Origin: a virus
Taxonomy: Duplodnaviria; Heunggongvirae; Uroviricota; Caudoviricetes
Virus record (IMG/VR): IMGVR_UViG_3300037483_001818
Length of the DNA stretch: 64,000 bases
Strand: one strand, 5' to 3'
In this document: positions 38,659 to 47,516 of the stretch, in pieces
Layout: every line of letters starts with the position of its first letter
Numbering within the stretch: the first letter of the stretch is position 1
Program-made: the position numbers and the translations under genes
The notes under the pieces: generated by a model
The model's database searches: none
What the model was told of the DNA's origin: nothing
Seen by the model: only the letters and a program-made list of their open reading frames with translations

Positions 38659-39545
38659 GGGTTACGCCATGAAATCCTCAAGTACATCGACTGATCAAGA
38701 CCGCGCAAGCGCCCTGTTGGCGACGCATGGGGTGCGATGTTGTAGCCGACCCAGCGGCACTCTCGACCCGTCGGTCCATAGTCGATATCGAACAGGTACC
38801 ACGTGCGCTGATCCTCGCGCGCGTAGACCAGGTAGCTCCCGTCAGCCATGTATCCACGTATCAACGTGACGCTGGTGTCGAGAAGGCGACGGCGCACGTC
38901 GCGCTTCCACGCTTCATAGACCTTCCAAGAGAAGGCCATGTGATCGTGGAAATAGTGAAAAACCTCAGTGGTCGAATGGACCTCGGTAACAACGACGTCC
39001 GTGACCTGCGCAAGTACCTCGGAGATGTCTTGCCGGCGAACATCGCTCCACCGTGAAACAGAAGGGCTGCCAATCTCGTCACCGATGCGGCGGCGCCGCT
39101 CGTCGCTGGCCTGGCGCTCTTCTGCTTGTCGAAGCACCTCGGCCCTCTGCTCCGCGCACTCCGCCTCTTTGATCTCTTCGTCCGCTTTCTCGGCCATCTC
39201 GATCTTTTGACGAATCTCGAGAGCAACGTGCGGCTGAAGTATCCGGCAGCGCGATGGATGACGCAGCTTGCGGAGCGCCTTGGCGAGGATCTGGTGGATG
39301 CGGCCACCGCTGATACCCAGCTGTGCCCCTAGCTCGTCGTAGGAGCAGTCGTCACCCTCGAATCCGTAGTAGCGACGGACGATCAGCGCTTCTCTGGGCG
39401 TGAGCGATCCGAGCACGCGGTCGATGTCAGCCCGGAGTTCGTGAAGCTCGGTGATCTCGTCCGGCCTGGGGATTGGGCTCACGGGCGAGTGCACCTTGCC
39501 GCCGTTCGAGCACGCCCGTCGATCGAGGGCGTCTTGGCTGATCAC
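38655..39545 (-). CDS. sigma70 region-4 domain fused to unknown domain
   Basis: VLGSLTPREALIVRRYYG...SYDELGAQLGISGGRIHQILAKALRKLRHPSR. Confidence 0.8.
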   Translation of the reverse strand: MISQDALDRRACSNGGKVHSPVSPIPRPDEITELHELRADIDRVLGSLTPREALIVRRYYGFEGDDCSYDELGAQLGISGGRIHQILAKALRKLRHPSRCRILQPHVALEIRQKIEMAEKADEEIKEAECAEQRAEVLRQAEERQASDERRRRIGDEIGSPSVSRWSDVRRQDISEVLAQVTDVVVTEVHSTTEVFHYFHDHMAFSWKVYEAWKRDVRRRLLDTSVTLIRGYMADGSYLVYAREDQRTWYLFDIDYGPTGRECRWVGYNIAPHASPTGRLRGLDQSMYLRISWRNP

Positions 39546-39793
39546 GTTTCGCCGCTCGACAGCCGAAGCGCAGTGTCGGCCATCGCCGTCCGCCAGTACT
39601 CGTAGGCTGCGTCCGCCTCACCCTCGTTGCCGCGCCACGCGCGCCGTGAAAGGACGCCAGCGCGATACAAGCTCGCGAGAGTGACACGCTCACCGCTGCG
39701 GGCGGCGCGGTACCACAGCCCGCGCCGGTTGTGCGCCGAGACGACGCCGAAGACGTAGCGCTGGAGTTTCGTGAACCGCTGGAGCGGTTTCAT
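39542..39793 (-). CDS. small winged-helix-like protein, paralog A
   Basis: Near-identical to 40952-41194. Confidence 0.7.
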   Translation of the reverse strand: MKPLQRFTKLQRYVFGVVSAHNRRGLWYRAARSGERVTLASLYRAGVLSRRAWRGNEGEADAAYEYWRTAMADTALRLSSGET

Positions 39794-40104
39794 GACTCCT
39801 CCGAGCTGGCCAGCACGATCTGGCGATCTTCGACGGATCCCACAAACCCGTTGTCCCAGCGCACACGGATCCGCGCTCGCGTTCCGCCGGATCCGTGCGG
39901 TACCCTCGTTACCTTGAGGATCGTGCCGACCACGTCGCCGCGGCTCGCGACCTCCGCGCCAACCGCCTTGTTCCGAACGACGCGGTCACCCACCTTGAAG
40001 TCGAACTGCCTCTTGGCCGAGAGCTGAGCGACGACCTCGCGCACCGGCGGTGCACCTGGGGGCGGCGTGTACGGCGTCGCCTTCTTCGCGCGTTTGCGTT
40101 TCAC
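39790..40104 (-). CDS. protein with SH3/KOW-like C-terminus
   Basis: FKVGDRVV...GTI...VRWDNG. Confidence 0.6.
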   Translation of the reverse strand: MKRKRAKKATPYTPPPGAPPVREVVAQLSAKRQFDFKVGDRVVRNKAVGAEVASRGDVVGTILKVTRVPHGSGGTRARIRVRWDNGFVGSVEDRQIVLASSEES

Positions 40105-40736
40105 AGCGCTACCACGCGTCCATGCTGCCGGAAGAATCTCTCGCCGGCGTGATGCCGCTCGACAGCTCTCCAGTAGGCAGGATCTTCGGTGGGGTGCACA
40201 TCAGGGATCGGCGTGACCGCCTCGAAGAAAGCGCGCTCCTCATCCTTCGTGTCGTACCAATCGTCGCAGTTGAAGTCCTCGAACTCGTACAGATCGGGCG
40301 TGTGGACCTTGCCGTCCACCCACAGCTGTATCCACGCCGCGTCCTGCGGCTTCGGATCATCGTTCCCGCCGTCATCCCAGCTGTGGTCATCCGTGTAATC
40401 GCGTGACTCGTAGCGATCACGATCCTCGTACTCGTAGCGATCACGATCCTCGTACCAGTCGTCATCGAAGTAGCAGGAGTCGTATTCGTGCGCGAGGGGC
40501 TCGTAGGTGTAGACGTCCTGGTGCGCACGCCACTCGGCGTACTCTTCGGCTGTCATGTCCAGGTGCATCCACCTGAGGCTGTCCTTGCCCTTTGCCTTGA
40601 GTAGCTCCTGTTCCTGCACCCACCACATCGGATCAGTGAACTGAATGCCGTGGCCGGCAGACCAACGATCGTGATCGAATTCGATTAGTTGGGTGTCGAT
40701 GTGCAAACGCCCCGCGAAGCGAGCACGCTTGCTCAT
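40101..40736 (-). CDS. very acidic, aromatic-rich protein (start may be 40922)
   Basis: D/E/Y/W-rich; 24-bp tandem duplication at about 40406-40453. Confidence 0.6.
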   Translation of the reverse strand: MSKRARFAGRLHIDTQLIEFDHDRWSAGHGIQFTDPMWWVQEQELLKAKGKDSLRWMHLDMTAEEYAEWRAHQDVYTYEPLAHEYDSCYFDDDWYEDRDRYEYEDRDRYESRDYTDDHSWDDGGNDDPKPQDAAWIQLWVDGKVHTPDLYEFEDFNCDDWYDTKDEERAFFEAVTPIPDVHPTEDPAYWRAVERHHAGERFFRQHGRVVAL

Positions 40737-40951
40737 GCCGCGTGCGATGTCACGGCGCCCGAGGTTGTTGTCCGTCTTCGTGAAGCACGTGGGTACTTGC
40801 CCGAGGAACCCATCTGAGGGCCGCGTCGCACGGTTTCTGCCTGCATTGCTGCGCACGTGGTCAGGACGCGTGGTGCTCCACCGAGAACCGTATCCGCTAC
40901 GTCGCGCGCCGTACTTGAGCATTCGATCTTCCCCGCTTTGTAGCTAGAGGT

Positions 40952-41194
40952 TCACGGCTTCACGCCGTCGGACAGCGTCTGCCGTAGGACCTGATCCGCT
41001 TCCTGCGTCAGTTGGTACTCGTAGGCCGCGTCCGCCTCGCCCTCGTTACCGCGCCATGCCCGCCGCTTGAGCACGCCGGCCCGATAGAGACTCGCGAGCG
41101 TGACACGCTCACCGCTCGACGCTGCGCGATACCAGAGGCCGCGCAGGTGATGACCAGAAACGACGCCGAACACGTAGCGCTGGAGCTTGGTCAT
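40952..41194 (-). CDS. small winged-helix-like protein, paralog B
   Basis: TKLQRYVFGVVS...ERVTLASLYRAGVL.RRAWRGNEGEADAAYEY. Confidence 0.7.
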   Translation of the reverse strand: MTKLQRYVFGVVSGHHLRGLWYRAASSGERVTLASLYRAGVLKRRAWRGNEGEADAAYEYQLTQEADQVLRQTLSDGVKP

Positions 41195-42021
41195 GACTGA
41201 TGTCCCTTGTAGATCGCGTCACCGTCGACCTCGCAACCAAACAGCTTCCCGGCGCAGTCACGGCCGACCCACAGGGAGTGAGGCACCTTGTCCGCGTTGT
41301 ACGCGAGGATCGGCACCCAGTTGAATGGATTCTGGATCGCGTGCCCGCACGCCTGGCATTGCTGGTTGTTCTCGCTGTAGTGGAAGCGCGACGTGTTGTG
41401 ACGCGTGCCCTCGGGCCAGTCGATCACGATTTCGTACACGCGCATCTTCTGTCCCTTGAAGACGAAGTCGACCCACTCGCCGTGCATTGGCGGCGACTGG
41501 ATCGTCGAGACGTCGAGGCCGATGTTCTCGCCGACGGTCTTGGCGACCGTCGGCGACAGCGTCTTCATGACGACGACGGCCTTGGGGCGGCGAGAGTCGA
41601 GCAGCTCGATCAGTTCTGCGACCGGCGCGAACGCCTCCGCCCACCGGAGCGCGTCCTGGGCGTACGGCTTCTCCACACAGCTGAACTTCTTCTTGGCCGC
41701 GCTGAGCTTGGTGCGAAGTTCTTGCAGCAGCCGCGGGGCGCGTTTGAATGAGCCGAACAAAAGGCTCGCCTGCGCTTCGTTGAGCGGATGATCGTGACGC
41801 AGGTGCAACGAGCCGAACGAGTACTCGCCGAAGTCCTTCTCGACCTTGCGCGCCCACTTCGCCGCGATGTTCTGCTTGTTGAGCGTCGCGTGCACCGTGC
41901 GGGCGACACCCTTCTTCCAGTACCCGAGCTGCTCGGACTCGACCAGTGCCGGGATCGTGAAGTTGACGATCGTATCGCGGGCTTTGCCGCTGAACCACTC
42001 CAGGATGTTCTCGAAGCGCAT
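41191..42021 (-). CDS. protein with C-terminal CxxC...VGRDCAGK zinc finger; first gene of sigma54-type operon
   Basis: ATG 14 nt after -12 GC. Confidence 0.7.
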   Translation of the reverse strand: MRFENILEWFSGKARDTIVNFTIPALVESEQLGYWKKGVARTVHATLNKQNIAAKWARKVEKDFGEYSFGSLHLRHDHPLNEAQASLLFGSFKRAPRLLQELRTKLSAAKKKFSCVEKPYAQDALRWAEAFAPVAELIELLDSRRPKAVVVMKTLSPTVAKTVGENIGLDVSTIQSPPMHGEWVDFVFKGQKMRVYEIVIDWPEGTRHNTSRFHYSENNQQCQACGHAIQNPFNWVPILAYNADKVPHSLWVGRDCAGKLFGCEVDGDAIYKGHQS

Positions 42022-42033
42022 GTCTTTGGGTAC

Positions 42034-42049
42034 TGCGAACTGCACGCCA
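42034..42049 (-). promoter_or_regulatory. sigma54-like promoter
   Basis: TGGCGTG-CAGT-TCGCA. Confidence 0.6.
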
Positions 42050-42087
42050 GGTCGATCGTTCGTCAAGTCAGCGATTGCACTCACGAT

Positions 42088-42103
42088 GGGTAAAAATCTA
42101 CCC
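42088..42103. promoter_or_regulatory. single GGGTA-N6-TACCC palindrome
   Basis: GGGTAaaaatcTACCC. Confidence 0.75.
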
Positions 42104-42271
42104 GGATATCGATCGCTTCGACGTGTCTTGTTTTCACCAACACCAGCTAGCGATGACCGTCCGTCGCGTCAATGACGATCAACATCTCCGGCGACCGTCG
42201 CGGCATCCCCGCGCTCGATGATCCGTCCTTCATGGCAGCTCCAGTCCTAGCGTTGTCCGACAACGCTTCCC

Positions 42272-42927
42272 TCACAACGGTGCGTTGCCGGCTTCCATGA
42301 TCGAGTCGTCTTCGCGCTTGAGCTTCACGTCGAGAAACTTCTGCGCGCAGTCCTCGCCCACGAACATTCCGTGCGTGACGCCATCGTCTCCGGTCGCGTG
42401 CACCGGCACGCGGTGTGACTTCATGACGAGCTTGTGCAGAGGTGGCAGTGCAGGCCGTCATGGAAGCGGCTGTCGAACCGCGTGCCGGCCGGGAACCTCG
42501 GATAGCCGACTATCACCTTGGCGCGGACCAGGCCCTTGATCTTGCCCTGCGGGATCATGCCCCAGCCGCCCTTCTGCTTGCCGCACGTCGGGCAGTTGCC
42601 GTAGGGCTTGTTCGCCTTGGACGCATCGCGGTGCGCGGCGTTTCGGTAGGCGAAGCTGTCCGGCGAGTTGTCTGGCGGTGGCGGGATGACGCGACCGTCT
42701 TCGATTCGCACGAACTTGTGGCCGTGGCAGGTCGGGCACGGGATCAATCCCGGAACCTCGCGCTCCTCCACGACCCACTCGATCGGGGTGAGCTGCCACT
42801 GCGACGGCGTGGTGCTCATGATCGCGAGGGTTGCCAGGGCCTTCGCGCTGTGCGGCATGGTCGCCGTTGTCGCCAGGGACGCAGCGATCTCGCGATCGAG
42901 CTGAGCGGCAGTCTTCTTCTTGGCCAC
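42272..42927 (-). pseudogene. QLDREI-tagged zinc-finger protein split by a frameshift near 42435
   Basis: 42421-42927 ends ...SRFHDGLHCHLC; another frame continues KLVMKSHRVPV...VGEDCAQK, collinear with the C-terminus of 41191-42021. Confidence 0.65.
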
Positions 42928-42929
42928 GG

Positions 42930-43328
42930 CTAGTAGCCCATCTCATCATTGTACGCTTCGATCCCGTGCAGCATACCAGCCTCCATGGCCTGCTCGCGGC
43001 GCCACTCGCCGTCGGAGCGCTCCAGCTCGCGGCGGCGGCGCTCGCACGACGGACGATCAGGGTTCTGCGTCAGCTCGTGCGTCTCCGGGCCGTCGATCAT
43101 GACGTACTCCCACGAGCCGCGCGGACCGCACGCACGCGCGAGCTGCGAGTCGTCGGGGAACATCACCACCTCGCGGTAGGCGAGGATCGCTTCCTCGCGC
43201 GTCGCGTAGTCGTCACCAGTCCAACAGTCGTCGTTGTCGGTCTCGTCGGGGTTCGAGCCCCACATCGTCACGCTGAAAGGCTTGTCAAGACCGTGGGTGA
43301 AGTCGCGGCGCTCGGGGGACGTCGTCAT
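42930..43328 (-). CDS. acidic hypothetical protein; first gene of sigma54-type operon
   Basis: ATG 15 nt after -12 GC. Confidence 0.65.
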   Translation of the reverse strand: MTTSPERRDFTHGLDKPFSVTMWGSNPDETDNDDCWTGDDYATREEAILAYREVVMFPDDSQLARACGPRGSWEYVMIDGPETHELTQNPDRPSCERRRRELERSDGEWRREQAMEAGMLHGIEAYNDEMGY

Positions 43329-43341
43329 GTATGCCTCTTGG

Positions 43342-43357
43342 TGCGAACCGCGCGCCA
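43342..43357 (-). promoter_or_regulatory. sigma54-like promoter
   Basis: TGGCGCG-CGGT-TCGCA. Confidence 0.7.
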
Positions 43358-43394
43358 GAATACGCGCTCGGCAAGGCCGCGAATAGCCTGCCGT

Positions 43395-43441
43395 GGGTAG
43401 CAGGCTACCCGTGCCACGACGCCGTGGGTAGCTCAAGACCC
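43395..43441. promoter_or_regulatory. pair of GGGTA-N6-TACCC palindromes (second has one mismatch)
   Basis: 43395-43410; 43426-43441 (GGGTAgctcaaGACCC). Confidence 0.75.
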
Positions 43442-43469
43442 GGATACCGAGCTCTACAGCCACGTCTTG

Positions 43470-43620
43470 GAGCGTGCCCCGAAACCCCCTCGAAAATCAG
43501 ACCTTTTGAGGAACCTGTCTGGGTTTTGAGGTGACCGATTCTAGTCTCGCGAGGTTTTGAGGTAGGTCGTGGTTCTACTCGCGTCGCGCAGTTCTACTCT
43601 CGTGAGGTTTTGAGGAACCG
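43470..43620. repeat. non-coding repeat block
   Basis: GAGCGTGCCCCGAAACCCC; TTTTGAGG at 43504, 43524, 43555, 43608; GTTCTAC at 43572, 43591. Confidence 0.7.
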
Positions 43621-43714
43621 CGGTTATATTTTTGTCGCGGGGCGCGGGACGATGCCGCTTCGCGACGTGCTTACGTAAGGGTCGTGTCGGCTCATTCTGT
43701 GACCTGGCGCGTTC

Positions 43715-43957
43715 GTGGCGATCCGGCGCAAACGGCGCACGTACGACGGCGCTCCTCCGACTCGACGGGTGATGTCGATCGTGTCCCTGATGATCTCCCA
43801 TAGTCAGCGTGTCGAGATGACCTCGGGGCGGGTCGAGGTGAGCACCACCATCGCGTTCCGCATCGCGAAGCTCCTGGAGGTCTCGCTACACGACGTGCTC
43901 CAGGGCCTCGCGATAGCCAAGCCGACGTGCCCGCACTGCGGGAAGGTAATTGCCTAG
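43715..43957 (+). CDS. XRE-like HTH fragment with CPHCG zinc ribbon (possibly degenerate)
   Basis: STTIAFRIAKLLEVSLHDVL...TCPHCGK. Confidence 0.5.
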   Translation: MAIRRKRRTYDGAPPTRRVMSIVSLMISHSQRVEMTSGRVEVSTTIAFRIAKLLEVSLHDVLQGLAIAKPTCPHCGKVIA

Positions 43958-43973
43958 CGGTCACGGCTGTCAG

Positions 43974-44012
43974 GTAACAAAATGGACGAAAATCCAGTTG
44001 TTTTGTTACCGT
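43974..44012 (+). promoter_or_regulatory. repeated sigma70-like promoter in GTAACAAAA...TTTTGTTAC inverted repeat
   Basis: TGGACG...TACCGT then ATG at 44019. Confidence 0.65.
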
Positions 44013-44018
44013 CCCTGC

Positions 44019-44270
44019 ATGACGAAGAAGACACCCGAACAACTTGACCGTGAAATCGCCGAAGCCTTGTACGGTGGAGGCCCCCGCGCTCCGCGCTCCG
44101 CGCCCGTGGCAAGGGATCGGTTTGATCGCGAATGGCTACGACAGGAAGCGCGTGACAAGGTGGACGCCTTCGGAAGCATGCAATACCGGCGAGAGAAGAG
44201 TGATTGGATCTCCGCTGGGCGTCCAAAGGCACTTGAAGACTTCATTCCGGGAAGTGGTGGCGACGACTGA
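44019..44270 (+). CDS. QLDREI-tagged small protein
   Basis: MTKKTPEQLDREIAEAL. Confidence 0.7.
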   Translation: MTKKTPEQLDREIAEALYGGGPRAPRSAPVARDRFDREWLRQEARDKVDAFGSMQYRREKSDWISAGRPKALEDFIPGSGGDD

Positions 44271-44590
44271 AATGCCGAAGACCGTAGGGAGCTGCTCCTG
44301 CCATTGCCACCTGGCAGCGCGCGCCTTACGAACGTCGGATGCGCCCGCGCAATCCCAATCGCATGCCACCCGTGGGCACAAAGCACGTCGTAACCATCCA
44401 GGCCGTCGCTCGCATGCTGGGATGGTCTACACAGCGCATTCAAGACGTGATCCCGTGGCTCCGAAACCACAGTGCGAGTCAATCGGTGTTGCGGTGCCCG
44501 CGTCCGCGTCTCGCGCTCTTCAGCTCACGCGCGAGCTTCGCCATCTCGGTCCGCACCCAGGCGCGCAGCTGCGCTAAGCTCTGACTTACG

Positions 44591-44869
44591 ATGAAACACG
44601 CCTTTTACGTGGTGGTGACTGCGTACGACAAGCGAACAAGGGCAGTCGTAGAATCGCAGCTACCCGCAAGCGGGCCGGTGAGTACCTTTGCACTTGCCCA
44701 GCGCATCTGCGCCACGGAGCATGCGCACTGCATCGCAGGCGATGAGCGCTGCGGAGGGAGTGCGTTCGAGCATCGGTACGAAGTAATCGAGCGTCCCCTA
44801 GAGGCGAAGGCGTACTCGGACGACGTTTATACCGAGGCGTGGTTCGAGCAGAGAATGCTCGAACCGTGA
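44591..44869 (+). CDS. hypothetical protein
   Basis: TAAGCT upstream. Confidence 0.55.
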   Translation: MKHAFYVVVTAYDKRTRAVVESQLPASGPVSTFALAQRICATEHAHCIAGDERCGGSAFEHRYEVIERPLEAKAYSDDVYTEAWFEQRMLEP

Positions 44870-44896
44870 GTGGTTACGGCGCTAGGACTTAGCTTG

Positions 44897-44936
44897 GTTC
44901 TACTTCTGTCGAGTTTTGAGGAAACACGGTTCGATT
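44897..44936. repeat. non-coding repeat
   Basis: GTTCTACTTCTGTCGAGTTTTGAGGAAACACGGTTCGATT, near-identical to 31058-31096. Confidence 0.75.
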
Positions 44937-45313
44937 TCCGTCGAAATTCGTTCTAATGCAAGTCGGCACGTCGGCGCAGCTCGCGCGCTCCGTGAATCGC
45001 GACGCGTGATCACCGACGGTCACGAATGATCTCGGTGGCGACGGTAGCGCCCAGGGAGCGAGGGCGCGGTAACCTCAACGTATGAGCAAGCTCTAACCCG
45101 GCGATCAGGTTACGATCAAGCACGCGGATCGCAGCATCACGGGTGCCGTGCGCCGCGTGGGGTGCAGCGATCCCGAGTGCCCGTCGTGCGAGGGTCATTG
45201 GCGGGAAGAGCCCGCGTCCGATCCTGCGCCTGTGTCTCCGCGCCGCCCGAACTAGCCCGGAAACGCGTTGTACTTCGAAATTCCGTAGGACTTCGTCCCA
45301 AGGTCTTCACGGA

Positions 45314-45997
45314 TCACGGAAGACGACGAAGGCGAAGTTGAACGGTGGGATAGTCCTGACGCGCTCTCAGCGCCGCGTCGTCCCCATAGTGGCAGGCGAT
45401 CTGTTCCGGCAGAAGGGCTTCGCCGTACGCGGCCTCGTACTTCTGCACGATGCCGCCGCAGTCGTAGACTACGAGACGCCAGGCTTCGCCGTAGAGCAAA
45501 CCAAGAGAGTGGGCATACGTGTAGCGCCCCACGTCGGAGAGCGGCAGCCACACGAACCCTGGACCTGGACCGGCATCGACGCGCACGAGATCAAGGCACA
45601 AAAAGTCGACAAGTGCTTTCTCGTCGCGCCGGGGGAGGAAGGCCCCCGTGTACGCATACGTTGGCCGCGGAGGCACCGGTCGATCTCGATCGAGCCAGTA
45701 CCCAGACAGCTGGCCTTCGATCACGTCGCGCGGCGGACTCAAGGGCTGGACGGCTCGGAGTAGCTTACGCGCGCGTCCCTGCATGAGACTCACAACCGAC
45801 AAATCTTCGTCGAGCTCTGGCCAGTGCAGTCCGATTCCTCGGCCCACAAGGCTCACGTTCTTGCGCTGGGCCGCGTCTGCTTTCAGTAGTCGAGGGAACC
45901 ACACCAACGGGACGTGAAGCACGCGACCATCGTCCAGGTCGACGACCAAGGCGTCTTCGGTCACCTGTACAGCCACAGCTCTCAAAAGATCATGCAT
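45314..45997 (-). CDS. DUF2442 antitoxin-like domain fused to unknown domain
   Basis: AVAVQVTEDALVVDLDDGRVLHVPLVWFPRLLKA...GIGLHWPELDEDLSV. Confidence 0.75.
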   Translation of the reverse strand: MHDLLRAVAVQVTEDALVVDLDDGRVLHVPLVWFPRLLKADAAQRKNVSLVGRGIGLHWPELDEDLSVVSLMQGRARKLLRAVQPLSPPRDVIEGQLSGYWLDRDRPVPPRPTYAYTGAFLPRRDEKALVDFLCLDLVRVDAGPGPGFVWLPLSDVGRYTYAHSLGLLYGEAWRLVVYDCGGIVQKYEAAYGEALLPEQIACHYGDDAALRARQDYPTVQLRLRRLP

Positions 45998-46002
45998 GGA
46001 GC

Positions 46003-46524
46003 CTACTTCAGAGCGCGCCCACACCGACGGCAAATGCGGGCGTGGGCGAGGCCGCGATGGTAGCGCTCTTCTTCCGCTGCGACGTTCGTCTCGTAGACGT
46101 AATCGGGAAGCCTGAAAGCCTGCTGCGCCTCTCGAGCGGGACTCGTGTCGTTCAGTGCGTCGAGGTCGATCCGGTCGAGACAGTACGGCTTACCCTCCGG
46201 CATCGCCGCCCAAACAGCTTGCGCGATCGTCCTGGCGCCCCGCTTGCCTTGCAGATTGTACTTGTGGTTGATGGCGTCGAATTCGGACGGAGACACCGCG
46301 TAGTCCACGCCGCCGTAATTCTGGACGACCTCGTAGTTGGTATCGAGGAAAGCCTTGAGCGCCTTGGTCTTGGTGTCGTAGCAGACGTGATCCTCTTCGG
46401 GCGTCGCCTTTCGCCACCAGTTCGCGAGTTGGGTGCTGTGCGAAAGGTTTTTGCGGGGCACGCCGGACGCGAGTGCCGCGGCGATCTCGCGGTCGAGCTG
46501 GACCGCGGTCTTCTTCTTCGCCAT
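46003..46524 (-). CDS. QLDREI-tagged protein
   Basis: MAKKKTAVQLDREIAAAL...LSHST; TAGGAT 6 nt before ATG. Confidence 0.75.
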   Translation of the reverse strand: MAKKKTAVQLDREIAAALASGVPRKNLSHSTQLANWWRKATPEEDHVCYDTKTKALKAFLDTNYEVVQNYGGVDYAVSPSEFDAINHKYNLQGKRGARTIAQAVWAAMPEGKPYCLDRIDLDALNDTSPAREAQQAFRLPDYVYETNVAAEEERYHRGLAHARICRRCGRALK

Positions 46525-46607
46525 GCAGTGATCCTATCAGCTCGACGGCAGCGCGGAGCTCCGCGAGAGGATTGAGGGGTCGCCCGATGCGGGGCGGCAG
46601 CTACGGG

Positions 46608-47243
46608 CTACGGCCACCAGCGGCTCTCTCGTTCCTTCGTTCGTTGGGCGCGCTCAGCTCGAAGCTCATTGGCAAACCTCTTCACAAAGACCGCGTTGAA
46701 TTCCCGTAGCCGCGCGAAGGCTTTATCAACGCGCGTCTTTGCAGCTCGATATTCCGCCGTCGCCCGCACGGCATCTGGAGTGAGCCCCATCGGGCCGCTC
46801 GGGAAAGTCTTGATGACTTTGGTGGCCGCTTCCAGTTCGTTCTCGAGCGCGGCTGCTTCGGCCTTCGCGTCCTCGAAGGGACTTGACGATCCCGATCCCG
46901 CGAGCGCCGCGTCGATTTCGCGTTGAAGCTGGGCCGGCGATTTCTTCTTCGTCGCGTGATGACGGGCCTTCCGCGTCGAGTGGTGCGCCTTGGACTTCTT
47001 CACGCCAGCCTTTCCGTGAAGACGAACGGCGGCCGACACACCACTGATCCCTGGCTCGACGGGCCCGAGATTGAACGCGATGGCACCGTCGCGCTGTTGA
47101 GCAAAGAGCTGCCCCTTCTCGACCCAGCTCGCGCCCGTCGTCGGCAGATGAAGCCATACCGAGTCGACTTGATCTTGGGTAAGCGGCGCATCGCCATCCA
47201 CATGAAAGCTGCCGGTTCCGAAGTCCATGTAGGTCGTGCCCAT
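46608..47243 (-). CDS. two-domain protein with HHST/HHAT + QLQREI tag
   Basis: KAHHSTRKARHHATKKKSPAQLQREIDAAL; TAGAAT 8 nt before ATG. Confidence 0.75.
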   Translation of the reverse strand: MGTTYMDFGTGSFHVDGDAPLTQDQVDSVWLHLPTTGASWVEKGQLFAQQRDGAIAFNLGPVEPGISGVSAAVRLHGKAGVKKSKAHHSTRKARHHATKKKSPAQLQREIDAALAGSGSSSPFEDAKAEAAALENELEAATKVIKTFPSGPMGLTPDAVRATAEYRAAKTRVDKAFARLREFNAVFVKRFANELRAERAQRTKERESRWWP

Positions 47244-47516
47244 CGCGAGGGATTCTACCGTCTCACGGGACACAATGGCAGTTTCACGCGTGTTCTGTCC
47301 CTACTACGCTACGAGTTTGAGAACTGCATCGCACGGCCGATCCTCATCGACGTGACGCCGGTCTTCTACTTTCAAGAACGCTGAGCGCAGGGAAGTGGAA
47401 GCTCGCCGTCAAGGTACATTGCGGTCATGCGTGTGGCCACAACTGGGGGTACTGATTTGGGAGCGCATGCGGAGGGATAATTTCCCAAGCACGTGCGTGT
47501 CAGGCACGACGTTCGA

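Noticed and set aside
44928-44939. GGTTCGATTTCC (and GGTTCGATTC at 31088) resembling a tRNA T-loop
   Set aside because: No acceptor, D or anticodon stems; it is part of the intergenic repeat family.
47280-47516. Non-coding gap as possible ncRNA
   Set aside because: No recognisable family motif or convincing structure by eye; would need an Infernal/Rfam search.
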